A stretch of DNA of 64,000 nucleotides from Raillietiella orientalis (Eukaryota): assembly GCA_036172245.1 (NCBI GenBank), contig JAYWIR010000018.1, forward strand, positions 620,001 through 684,000, written 5' to 3'. The notes beneath the pieces were generated by a model. That model saw only the letters and a program-made list of their open reading frames with translations. It was not told where the DNA came from and made no database searches. Numbering within the stretch: position 1 is the first letter of the stretch; each line of letters begins with the position of its first letter. The position numbers and the translations under genes are program-made. Positions 37,740-50,200 of this stretch are shown piece after piece.

Positions 37740-38880
37740 ATGAATGACTTTTTTTTGTTTTCAAGATATGGTTGTTATCTGGGAATAGCATGCTTCAGTA
37801 AACTTCCCAGAGTGGTCGGGCATCAGCAGATGCTTCACTGGCTAACTAGGGATGCTGGACTCACGATGAGCTCCTCAATTGCCCTTCCTCACGCCTTGAG
37901 ACAGCGCGACCAAGCGATGGTGGAAGCAGCATGTTCTCGGTAAAAGAACAAGCCTTTCCTTCTGAGCGGGCTCGACTCAGAAGGAGAGTATTGGAAGGAA
38001 AACCGGTATCTGCCTGCTGACACCCTTGAAAGAAGCAGAGAAACATCAGCTGCTGGCCAAAGCCATCAGCATCCTGGAGTCTGCGCTTCCTCCGTGGAAG
38101 AAAATACACGTTCTGAAAACCCTCCGCTTCCAGACTCTGATGCATCATCAGGTTGGAGCTTCACCAACTCTAACACTAGGAAACACATCAAGAGTAAGCG
38201 TGCCTAGTAGAGCAGCTTCCGAGTACATGCATGGTGTCTGGTCAGGAGGGTGCCTTGCTCTTCCAGCCTAACTGGTACCATCTTTGACGGATGATTGTCT
38301 TGGCTCAGGACCACGCATGGATATCCTGTCCGTTGGCGAGCTGTGGTGCCTGGAAACAGTGAACGGTTCAGACATAGGTGTAGATGCATTCATCTACACC
38401 CACGTCTGAGCGAGCCATTCATCCGAGGGAAGCGCAGTGCTCCATCCATGCTCGCTGTCCTTTGGGAACGGCTCAGGAAGACCACGTGGGCGCAAACGAC
38501 ACCACTTGCTACGGCGCTAATGTCCTTACGGAAGAACCTACACAGTGACCAGATGGCAGATTGGCAGATGTCCCGCGAAATCGCGGGAAGGAAGAAAGTT
38601 CTGGGTTGTCGGAGGGCACGTCGGCTGCCTGATGCTTCCATCTCCGCAGTCCCTCCCCAAAGGACTTTTCCTCCGAAAGGATCCCCTTCGGAGGAAGTGA
38701 AGATGCCCGCGGTTTTCCTGGACAGCTCCGAATTTCCCCTTAAGTGGAAGAGCTGGGTGTTGCAACTGCTGCATTGGGTCCTCCCATGCAGCGCACGCCT
38801 CCACGGTTTTTACCAGGTTACGCCAGAGCGTTTATTTTCCAACAGAGAAAAGAGAAAGCAAAAGGGCAATGTGGGCTGGT
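37740..38880 (+). mobile_element. Decayed NeSL/Utopia-like non-LTR retrotransposon, copy C
   Basis: QQMLHWLTRDAGLTM (LQxML..GLxFN), LESALPPWKKIHVLKTL (SxLxPWQKIxxLxTF, characteristic of NeSL/Utopia), RAASEYMHGVWSGGCLALP (RASxEYxY..GGLGLP), VLWERLRK (SLWxRAR), FL..WKSWVLQLLHWVLP. Confidence 0.65.
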
Positions 38881-39019
38881 AAATTCACCAGTCCATGAAG
38901 GGGGAAGAAAAAAAAAAGAAACCACCGACTCGCAGGCCAGCTAAACAAGAGGGAGGGAGAGTGTAGGGAAAAGGAAAATAAATGAATAAATAAAAAAGAG
39001 ATGAGACAAGGGTCATCGG

Positions 39020-39700
39020 AGACACCTACTGCGTCTTCTGTAACCTGCTTGAGATGCAGACGGAGTCCTCCTGGATTCCATTATTCGTAAAAGGTCATCT
39101 GTACTGCATTCCTCTTCACTGCGGCGTGGAGACGTGTGGTCCTCCTTCCTCTCTGCCGGCGTGCCTCCTGCGTGCTCCGGGGCGCCACGATCCTCGACGC
39201 AAAGCGGGATCGGGCGATCGGGGAAGCCGGTCCCGTGCAAAGCTCCGCAGAAGCAGCCCTTCCGGACGCGTCTTTGCGTCGAAGGGGGAGAAGCCGGGAG
39301 ACGTTTCTGCACGTCTCCGAAGGTCGCCACATTCCAGCAGCAGGTGCGCAGAGGTTTCCACCTCCTCCCCCTTACGCAGCAGGAGCAGCTCGGTGAGGCA
39401 CCGCCGCCCCTCGTCTGGCCATGCCGACGCTGGTCGCGTGTCGGGGAGCCCCGGTGCACGGACGGCCAAACCTTTTTATGCTGGCACCTGAGGGGGAGCT
39501 CGCAGATAGAGGGGAATGCTTGCAGTCTCCAACGATGGCGGAAAGTCCACGCATTCCCCCCAGCAGAGCAGTCTTTCAGAGCAGGAACCGGATGGCGCAG
39601 CGCCGATTCCACCTCGGTCCCGTCTTCCACCGTCCTGCCAGCTTCATTGCTACGAGGTCACCCACCCTGCCAGCTGGCGACTTATGAAAACAAGGATCCC
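39020..39700 (-). mobile_element. 3' fragment of an L1/Tx1-type LINE ORF2 (zf-RVT / CCHC region)
   Basis: Minus-strand KKVWPSVHRGSPTRDQ (WxxxHxxLPTRxR) followed, after a frameshift, by CSCC/GEEVETSAHLLLECG (CxxC..ETxxHLxxEC). Confidence 0.55.
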
Positions 39701-41422
39701 ACAAGTTTAGGGAACTCAGGGCCAAACTAGGAACTTAGTCCCATAGAGAAGTCCTGTTCGCTCCTCGCTTCTATAAGGTCTACTTGGCAGTCAGTCGTGC
39801 GATCACTGCAACTTAGAGAGAAAACAACCAGTTTAGAATGTTTTTTTAAAATCTTGCACAGAAAAGTTCTGGTAGAAAGAAAGCTGTGCTGAATACTTGA
39901 CAGAAAAACTTCCTTGGGAAAGCGGCCGGAGTCACAGGGCAGTGTGCACATTTAGTCTCTGGAGATTTTTTTTTAACAAACTCCATGCATGGAAATTGGC
40001 ACATTACAAATACTGTTGCTACTTGAAAACTAAATAGCATTTTAAAAATTAAACAATATAAAGGTACGGAAGGAATGAAATGAAAATCTTTCTACTGTGC
40101 TGATGAAAAATACTTGAACGATTTGATGAAACTGGACTTTTGAATTTGTAAGCAGTAAGCTTGATAGCTACTTCTGCATTTGACAAATAAGAGTTTTCTT
40201 TTAAACTGTAAAGGAAGCTTAAATGCTTGTAATGCAAATTTGGAATTAGGTGTTACAAGTTCTAGCGAAGTTGTAGCTAAAGTCGATATGACCATGTTCG
40301 ATATAGATATGTCGGTCAATAATAAATGATAAATTTACTTGTGGCTGGCAAAAGGCAATTGGGTGAGGTACTAAGCACATATCTCAAATGATATTTGCTT
40401 TCTTGGATCCCTTTGTTCTTTTATGAATTTGTTAGTTTTATTTTCCTGATAACTCGTCACGATCAACAAAGGCTTTCAAAAACCATCAAGGAATTTCTGT
40501 TTATGTATTGCGAAGAACGCGACCAGCTTCATCCCAATCACCAAGTGAACTACGCAAACAGAACCCTTTGCTGACTCTTCCTAGATTTGCTAGATGCTCT
40601 CAACATTCATCAGTTCATGAAAATCACATCCAAAATCCAATATATTAATAATCATATTGTATGTAAGCTTCAGTCCTATAAAGATTACAGAGGGAAAAAG
40701 TAATGCTTTTCCTAACTCATAGTTGAAGCAATGCACTGATTAAAAAATTCTATTGAATATCAAGGTTTATAGCATCTTTTCAGTCATTGCATTCAGTGTA
40801 TCAAATAAAGTAATTTTTGACAAATAGTTTTGCCAATCTGCAAGGTTATATTTTGAATTATTTTAAACTGGTTTTTTATTCTATGCTATCTACACCCTTT
40901 GATATTCTTTTATTTTCAATTCAGTGAATGCCTATTTAAATTGTCATTTGGAACTTCGTGGCAGCGTCTTGGAATAACTAATGAAGACTGAAGATTTTAT
41001 TACGTTTAAGAGCTAAATTTAACATAAAAACGTTCACAGAAAAGAAATTCAACCTATATTCCTTTGCAATAGAAAGAGAATTATGGTGGGCTACCAACTT
41101 TTATGCATTACATTATTCAATTACACATGAATGGCATAATTATTGTGATTAGTTCTGCAACTACTGCTTTGGGTCATTAGTCATTTTTGATTTTATTTGA
41201 TTCTATTTTCCCTTATATTACTTCAGTTGTATATCGAATGTAGATATTCTACTCCAATGAGCTTGAAATGGCACTAAATTGAATTCACTATTTCCATTCT
41301 GATTTTCTCGGATTTTTATGTTTTCCCGATTTATTACAATATATACACAAGTCAGCAATCTTTGATTTGTTTCTTGCCCCTTTAGAAATTTGGAAATTTA
41401 ACTTCGGAAACTCGAAATAAAG

Positions 41423-43033
41423 ATGGTCGGTATCACTTGTTTTGGTATGAGTTGTAACGTGATGATTGTCCGTGCAGTTTGTTTTTGTGTATCTTTGCAA
41501 GTAGTGTTCCAGCAAGTAGCATTGCATAATGTGCAATTAGCCGTTGCATCCAAAGCTGAAACTGAGGATGCAGACACGTTGGATGATTCTGGGTTTGCCC
41601 AGAAACAAACGATGTTTGAGGCTGAAAAAGGCTGGAAAGAAATAAAAGAAGGTTCATTTTCATAGTACCCTGTTCTTAAAGCAGTTGCATGTTTATAAAA
41701 AAAAAAAACCTCCAACCTAAGAATTAATTTCATATAACTGTTTTTATCTTATAGGAGAAGTTCTTCCTGCGGGCCTTCATGTCAGAATAAACCTTCGTAC
41801 AGGAAAAAGGGAAGCAAAGTTATTAGAAGAAAATGGAAACGAGGAGAATAAGATTACGCAGTTAAGCGAAACTTGGGATAAGAAATCGAATAATGATGAT
41901 TCACATGCAGTCGTATACGATAAAAAAGAGTTAAAAAGAGTATTATTGAATTTGAACACACATGGTGAAAATGAAGTGAGTTGAAGTTCTTTTTGTATTA
42001 ATGTTTATTCTTTTTGTGTGTATCTGTACTATTCTAGGTGTCTAATGCTTCTGAAAAGTATCTTTCTTATGATGAAATCAAAAAAGAATTTGCTGACTTG
42101 AACATTACCATGAAAATGGATTTTCAAATTATACATGAAATTCTAAATAAATTTAACAATGCAGACTTGTCTTCCAAAGATAATGTGCAGTTGATGTTGG
42201 AATTGGAATATCTACTTCATCAATATGATAATGCTTTGTACTTTGTGAAAAAAAATGGTCTATCAAGAGTAATAATGCCAAGTCTTAATTCAAGCAGAGA
42301 AGATATTTCAAGCACAGCAGCATTTTTATTAGGGGCGGCTGTTCAAAGTAACCCAGAAGTTCAAGAGGCTTCTGTGAAGATGGGAGTACTACCTCTCCTT
42401 TTGAAGTCAATTCATGTTAGTGATAGTTTCCTTGTCAAAAAAAGATGCTTGTATGCCTTGTCTTGTTTGGTGAGACACTCAGCATTAGCTCAAGAAGAAA
42501 TGATAAGAAATGGTGGTCTTACAGTTTTGGAAGATTTATTCAGAATTAAATCTATTGATTATGAGCAACTTCATTTAAAAGTAATGATTTTGATCCAAGA
42601 TTTGCTCACTGAAAGACAAGAAGCTCTGAGAGCAGATTTGAATTCTTTTGCAAATCAGGAAAAGCTAAAGCAATATCAGAGAATACCTCTTGATACCCTG
42701 ATAAAAGAACATTCCTTTTGTTATTTGATATCTCATTGGCTTGGACCCATTGGAAACAGTAAAGTTCCTAATAATCACAAGCTTAATCATGATACATTTG
42801 ATAAATTAATCAACACAATGCTAAGTATGGTGGACATTTGCTATCAAGAATTTCAGTTTCTTAAAAACGTATTGATACAATTAAAGGACCAGTATACTTT
42901 ACTGTATGATCAGGAAAAATCAGAACAATCTGAGTTTGGGCAGGGTATGTTTTATAAAGATATGTGGGAGAATATTAATCTACTGATCACAAAATTAACG
43001 AACAAAAGGATAGATATAAAACTGAAGGATTAA
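41423..43033 (+). CDS. SIL1: Nucleotide exchange factor SIL1 (ER BiP co-chaperone, Fes1/armadillo-like fold), about 481 aa, 3 exons
   Basis: Exons 41423-41651, 41755-41975 and 42038-43033 are GT-AG and in frame. Features: hydrophobic N-terminus, the SIL1 signature WKEIKE|GEVLPAGLHVRINLRTGKREAKL, LELEYLLHQYDNA, LLGAAVQSNPEVQ and KRCLYALSCLVRH. The true start could be a downstream in-frame ATG (41447 or 41462). Confidence 0.92.
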
Positions 43034-45549
43034 TCTTTAGTATTAAATATTACAAAATTTTTAGATACAAATTTTCTGACTTTCAGAAGTATTCAGAAGT
43101 ATATGTTATGAGAAGTTAAATTTCAAGTGCAATTTTATTCAAGAGACAAAATGAGGTGAAGTTTGATGTTAAATTCGGTTCATTGATAAATATTTTTGAA
43201 GTGCAATTCATTAAAATGAAGATTTTTTTTTTTTTCTAGAAATCTTGAAGATTTAAATGACTTTATTGATTGTTTAACTACCCAAATATTTATTTGATTA
43301 CTCTATGTGTGTATTATATTGAAGAGTGCTATTGTAAGACTTCAAAATCTTTAATAAAAATTATAGTGCTGTGTTGAAACTTGTTTCTCAGAAGCTTATG
43401 CTTTCTGTATTGGGTGTTTTAATGAGGCGAAAACATAGTGATAATTGTATCATAAAGCTTGGAAACAATAGTTTTGTGAAAATTTGAAAATTTCAATTTT
43501 CATTAACCCTGTGATATATACACATTTTAAGTTTGCAAGATTCATAGCTTGAAAGCCAATGAATTAAAATCTATTGTGATTTAAGGTGATATTGAATTAG
43601 TGAGTGATTGGAATATTTCTTGTGTATTGTCTTTCAAATGTATAAAGGAAGCTAGCTGTTTCATCCCAATAGTTTTTTGAGAATCATCCAAAAATTTGTT
43701 CATTGAGATATTAATTAAACAATATTACGTGTATGCCTTTGAGGTGTAAGATTTTCTCAGAATAGCTTGAAATTTGCAGTAAGCTTATTGCAATGTTTGA
43801 TTTATTCTTTTTTTCGAAATACAGTAATTTGCTGTTACAAAAAATCAATTTGACTTTGGGAATGCTTTAAAATCATAAAAGTAAGATGTGCGGAATCTAC
43901 GAACCCAATTAATTTACATCACATCTAACAAAAAATGTAAAGCTTGAGAATGAATTTGAATTCATCATAGTTTATTAGAAAATCCAAATTTCATAATCAC
44001 AAAGTATTGTAGAAACTTTGCAAGGGGTGCTGGTGAGGAAAAAAAAAATTAGAAGATTTGTTTTCAAAAATCACATTATGTGTTAACTGTGCATGTCAAA
44101 AAGGCATGATTCCTAAAAACATTAAACATATGCAAAACAACAGATGCAGTGATGAACTATGCATTTTAGATAAGAGAAAACGTTGTATACTTCTTTAAAA
44201 TTCATGCAAGCTGATTTTAGCATTTAAAAATTTTTATATGAGCAAAATATTGCATGAAAGTACTCCTTGCTTGAATATTATGTTGAAGTATATTGTGTTC
44301 TCTAAAGAGCAGTGCATAAAAAAATGAAAATCACAAGTGGGTTCATTCTGATGAAATATTGTGATGTTCTTTAATCAGTTGTGTTGTATTGTACAGAATG
44401 AATTTACACTAGTATTTGAAAAATGAATTTTAGGGTTGAAGCTATCAAGTTTTTATATTGACCGTTTTTATTTCTAGAAAACATTTGGCTTCTATTTATA
44501 AGTTTTGTGATGTATGGGTACAGTCTTTGCAAATAGATAGTGATATAGTCTGCATAATTTCAATATAGGTTAGGTCACTTTTTGCCTGGATTTTGATGCA
44601 GTGCTGCATCAATTTTGAATTAGTACTAAGTATTAATGCTAAATGCTAAGAGTAAGTGCTAATCAGATGTTTAAAATTCTTTCAAGATTTTTACAAAGGT
44701 TTCAAGTGTTCCAGATTAAATTGTGCTTGTTTTCATCATCTTTAGTTTCAGAAATTTGTTTTGATTGGAATAAAAATTTTACAGCACAGTAAGATTACTG
44801 AGTGTGAGAAATTAAATTGTTGAAACAATTATGTGCAGAACCTATTGTTTCTAAACTACATTAATTCAGGAGTATATAAAACTGTTCTGAGCAACTGACC
44901 AATTAATGATCATTTCTTGATTTAGATGGCATTTAGTTGGCATTAAGTTATTTTCGAAAAGTTTGTTTTAGTATACACATAAGTGTTTGTGCATTTAATA
45001 TTAAAGACTATTTAACGTATCATTTATTTCTTCATTCATTATTAATATTGAGGTGAAATTATATGCTCTTCTCATGATGGTATATTGTTGTAATGGAGGA
45101 CTGTGAAGCTGCAATGATTAAGTTTTGTAGAAAAATTGAGCTTTATAGTTTTCTAGAATAATGAGCTTTCTGTAGAATAATGAGTATTTTTATGTTTATC
45201 TTGCAGCAGACAATTGAATGATTCTACCTTTGAATTTATAATGTTCAATTCAGTAAGAGGGGTTAAGATATAGTATCTAAAAACGAAAAAGGTTCTTTTG
45301 ATTTGATTTGATACTTTATTTGTCACACAGTTTCAGTCAGCTTGAGTCAATATTCTTGTTATTATTTAGTTCATAAACATTAATTAGATAATGAAAATTT
45401 GTTTTAGATATCAGTATTTGTGTAAATGACGGACTTGAACAAGAAAATTATTGATATCACATCAGAATCATACAACGACTCAGTTCTGCATATTGTAGTA
45501 TTGCAATGATTTTGATGCTATTGGTCATTAACTAGTACTACTGCTGATT

Positions 45550-46100
45550 AATGAGTTCTTGAAAGAAATTTAATGCAGATCCATTTACAAGTTCACTTAC
45601 AAGCTAAGCTTTTTTTTGCTGGTAAAGTAATCCAGGTCTATTGAAGCCACATTTTCTACTTTTAAACTCTAGAATGCAGTCTTCATTAAACTAACAGATG
45701 GAAGTTTCTCATAGTCGCATCCAGGTTGCAACAATACAGTCCAGCGCAGTTTTCTGATGGTTTTGTTATTTGGAAATGGGTGATATCAGGGGAAAATGCT
45801 GTGCATATTCAGCTTTGGTTGAACTCATTTTGTATACTTATGAATTTGTATTTTTGTGTAGTGATGTGCACCTCTGAATTTCTTTTTCCATGTGTGTAAT
45901 GTCATTCAGAATTACATATCTTTAAAGACTGTTGCCATCATATTACCTTGCTAGAAGAGCTTCGATAAACTTGTTTGCAAATTCATGTGATGCCACTGCA
46001 ATCCTTTTATATGGTTATGTACATTTCCAACTATTTCTTTGTCAGCTTTTAGGAACTTGCTCATAGTTATCAGTGATGAAGTTCATTGCCATGTGAAACA
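45550..46100 (-). mobile_element. Possible AT-rich BEL/Pao integrase remnant
   Basis: Minus-strand KLPSVSL..ASIDLDYFT (~45715-45625) resembles LPxxRV..VGLDYFGP. A single motif region only. Confidence 0.25.
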
Positions 46101-47202
46101 GTGATTGCAAACATTGCATCTCCAGATTGTTAATGTAGATAGATAATTCTAGTTTGCAATAGTTTTTTAGCCCAATGTGCTAGTCTGTTTAAGGAAACCA
46201 ATTAATGCAAGTAAAATTATGGGTTAATGCTTTTAAAATTAAAAATATCTGATAATAATTCTGTGTCAATACTTTCGTATTTTATAGCTGAGCACCTTTT
46301 ACATGATTATTTAATTGATCATGATTTTGCTTGACATTTTCTGTTAGCACAATTTAGCACATAAATATAATTTTCTAATGAAAAGTTCATTCGGATCTCA
46401 TTTTTTCACGTGTTGATATTATATGCAGTTTTAGTAGTGTTTCTAATAATAAGGACCTTTATAAACAAAAAATTGTTTGTTAAATTATACCAAAGTTTCT
46501 CAGAAAGAAAGTTATCTTACTAAGTAGATAATGAATGGGGAAAAAGATAAAGAATAAACCAGAAGTACATAAGTTGTATTGATATGAGATGTGGCATCAG
46601 GAAGCTTCTGAAAAATTAGATTTCAAATTAATTTTGTTCTGTTGCATTTGTAAATTTCAGAAGTTATGTTCTTCATTCCCTGCATTTTTTGATGAAAAAC
46701 TCAAGCTATTATTAGGAAAATATTGTTTTGTCATCTATTATTCATATTTACCCTTTTGAAATATGAAAATAAATGAAAATAAACCATCATTAAAAACATT
46801 AAACGTGCTACATAACATTGTTTCAGTATCAATTAGAAGTTGTCGTGTCATATAGAGAGTCTTTCAGGATATTTAGTATTCTATTATATATTTGAGTATA
46901 TTTTATTATATATTGCTTTTATATTCCATCTTCAATCTTTTTGCATTTTTGTCTAGCACAGAAGCAGATGCATGTTAGTGCATGTTTTTCAGTTGACATT
47001 AGCTTTTGAGCTCTATATTAGTGGAATATATGTTTTTATAATTTCATTACCATTGTTATCATTAATGATGATAATAAATCGGATCGTTTGGCAATGTAAC
47101 AAGATTTTGAACAGGTGTTCAAGAAACCTATATTGTTTTTATGTTTAATAGAAGTAAATATTTTCATGGTTTACAGTGCATTTTTGAACTCTAACTTTAA
47201 TT

Positions 47203-50200
47203 ATGAACAACGGCAGTGATACATTTGCTTTGATTCATTATCCAAAAGAATCCACGAGATACTTTTATTATGGAACTGCTGGATTCCGTGTCAGGTATTT
47301 GGATTTTTTTTTATTTTATTTATTTTTCATTGCCTGTTTAATTTCAGAGCAGAACTCATGGATTTTATTGCTTATAGAGTGGGCTTGCTATCTGCTTTAA
47401 GAAGCAAAGCCCTGCAAGGTATACTGTTTTCCTTCACTTATGTTTTTTGTTACTGAATGAAGTATTGTAAAACCCAATTTTAAACAAAGTTTTCGTGAGT
47501 CAACATTTGAAAATGCAAAACTCGAACTGCGTTTATTAAACATTCTTCAGTAAGACTTGCTTAAAGTTTCCAAAAAAATTAGCAGACGAAATAAGGATCA
47601 AAGATGATGACAATTTCAAAAACAACAGGGTACCAACAGCCTTTTAATTCTCTGAACAAGTGGAATGGTTTTAAAGGATCAGATTTGCTAGTCTGTTTAA
47701 TAATAAGCAAACGGATCGGAATAAAATTAAGATTAATGGTGATTTTTGGTTGTGAAAAATTAAGAAATCTTTTGAAGAACTTTTTGTTCCATCAAATTGT
47801 CCTTTTGCAAAACATTTTCTATTCTTGAGCAAGTTTCATTGTCAGTGTCCCATGTTGAAGTTTATGGAAGTGGATGTTTTGCCTGTTCCAGAATTGAATA
47901 TGCTTACCTTCTTTTAAACATGATTTCATGTTTAAAAGAAGGTATGCGTATTTCAATAATACCTTAAACATGATTTCATGTTTAAGGTATTATTGAGATT
48001 AGTATTACTGCATGTGTCCTACATTATACTTATGTTTCCCATTTATTAATTTTTACTAATATGAGAATTGATGTATTTTTTTCCACAGTGGAGTTTTATG
48101 AGCTTTTAGAGTTTGCATGCATATCAGTTTTACATGCGTCATTTTTGCTCAGTCTTGATGCACCACTGAACTTGCCGATAGGTTTTCATTGATGAATAAT
48201 TAGCAAAGTATATGATTATTTTCAAACATGATGTGATGCTTTATTATTAGCAGCATCACTATGATCATAGTAATAAATTCCAATACTTCACTCTATAGGC
48301 AATCCACTTAAGACATTGCCATTGCATTTCATATCTTGCCTGAGGTTTGTTCCCACTTGTCTCTTGGATTGTTAGTGACATTAAGAGCCTGCCTTTGAGC
48401 ATCCACATACTCTAAAATGTAATGAAAATCCAAACAACCAAAAAGCCATTGTGTTATGCCCCATGCTTCCTGTTGTCCTCATGACTATTTTCTGTGAATA
48501 GAAGAAACCACTCCCATTCTTGATTTATATTGGAACATATGCATGCAATCTAAAGCACCATCGAGTCTCTTAAGTCCTTTGATTTTCACCCATGGTTTTG
48601 CTTTTTCATCATGCTTTTCAACTTCATTTGTTGTCTGTAAGCTACTCACGGGATTTTAAGTCTTCATTTAAGTAGCATGTAAATGCTATGATTGTAACTC
48701 TGGAAGATTTCATTTTAAAATCAATTTTTTATCATTAATGGAAGCATGTGTGTTTGTGTCCATGAGAGCATGGCCTTGTAAGAAGTCAGTAGTTCATTAG
48801 CATCAGCTTAGTTACATTGCAAATATTTGTGATAGGTGCTGCTATTGGTCTAATGATCACAGCTTCCCATAATCCTGAAGAAGATAATGGTGTGAAACTC
48901 ATTGACCCTAATGGGGAAATGCTGGAAACAAAATGGGAAGCAATTGCAGAAAGACTTGTAAATGCCAGGTAGGGGTAGGAGGCATGCATAAAGTATTGTG
49001 TAGTCTTGCACACTTCATATTTACCAGTTTTGTTTTGAAAACATTACCATAAGTAATGAGACTATAGAGTGAAGTGAAGTTAATAGAAGTGAAGAATTTG
49101 TTTTGTTACAAAGCACTTCTAGAGGAGCTTTTTGCTTCAAACACAGTTTCACTGTATAAGCTTCTGTGAGATTTGACTCAAATCATATGATGTCAATCCT
49201 GAATTTCTTTGGAGGTTCATTAATGAAATGCTCCAAACGGATTCAGTTGAAACCTTCACCATTCTTTCTATGAACAGTATTACCTTACAGACATTGCTTA
49301 ATTATTACATGAATTTTGTACTTATAACAGCATTCTATTAATACAAATTTTCACATCTCTTGCAATCTGCAATGTAAAATGCATTTATTGCATTTCATTG
49401 TAAGTGCTCCTTCAAATCGAATCAGAATAAATTAGTTTTGAGTATTTACAAGTGAAATTTCGAAAAGAAAACTGTTTGTAGTTCAACAGATGAGGTGTCA
49501 GCTGAAATTTCAAGAATTATTTCAACATATGACATCAAATTATGTCAACCAGCCATGGTTATGCTAGGCAGAGATACAAGGTGACTATCCACACTGATTT
49601 TTCCGATGCCAGTTTAAGAATTTTTATCATATGCGCAATATTGTTTTTCAGAAAAAGTAGCTATGAATTGAGCATGATAGCTATGAAAGGTATTCAGCTT
49701 TTGGAAGGCACTGTGCAGAATCTTGGTGCTGTGACAACACCACAGTTGCACTACTTTGTAAGAAGTTTCAATGTAAATAGTGACGAACCATCGGAAGAAA
49801 GTTATTTTATTGAATTTTGCACTGCTTTCAGGAATCTCGTGCAGTGTACATCAGTAAGAGTGCAATCAATCATTGATCCATTAACATTAGATTCTTCAGA
49901 CTGAATTGATAAGTTTGAAAGTGGATGGAGCGAATGGCATTGGTGCTTTGAAAATGGAAAAATTTTCTGACTACTTGGAGGATATTCTTATGATAGATGT
50001 TTACAATAAAGGAGAAGGCCTCTTGAATGTAAAGTGTGGAGCTGACTATGTTAAAATGCAACAGAAAGCTCCAATAGGGAAAGAATTGATTCCATTTGAA
50101 AAATACGCTTCCATAGATGGGGATGGAGACCGAATAGTGTACTTCTATTCTGATAGCATGAAATTTCACCTGCTAGATGGAGATAAAATTGCAGTGCTTT

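Noticed and set aside
43033..47203. SIL1-PGM3 as a nematode-type operon
   Set aside because: Same strand but 4.2 kb apart, and nothing in the sequence supports co-transcription.
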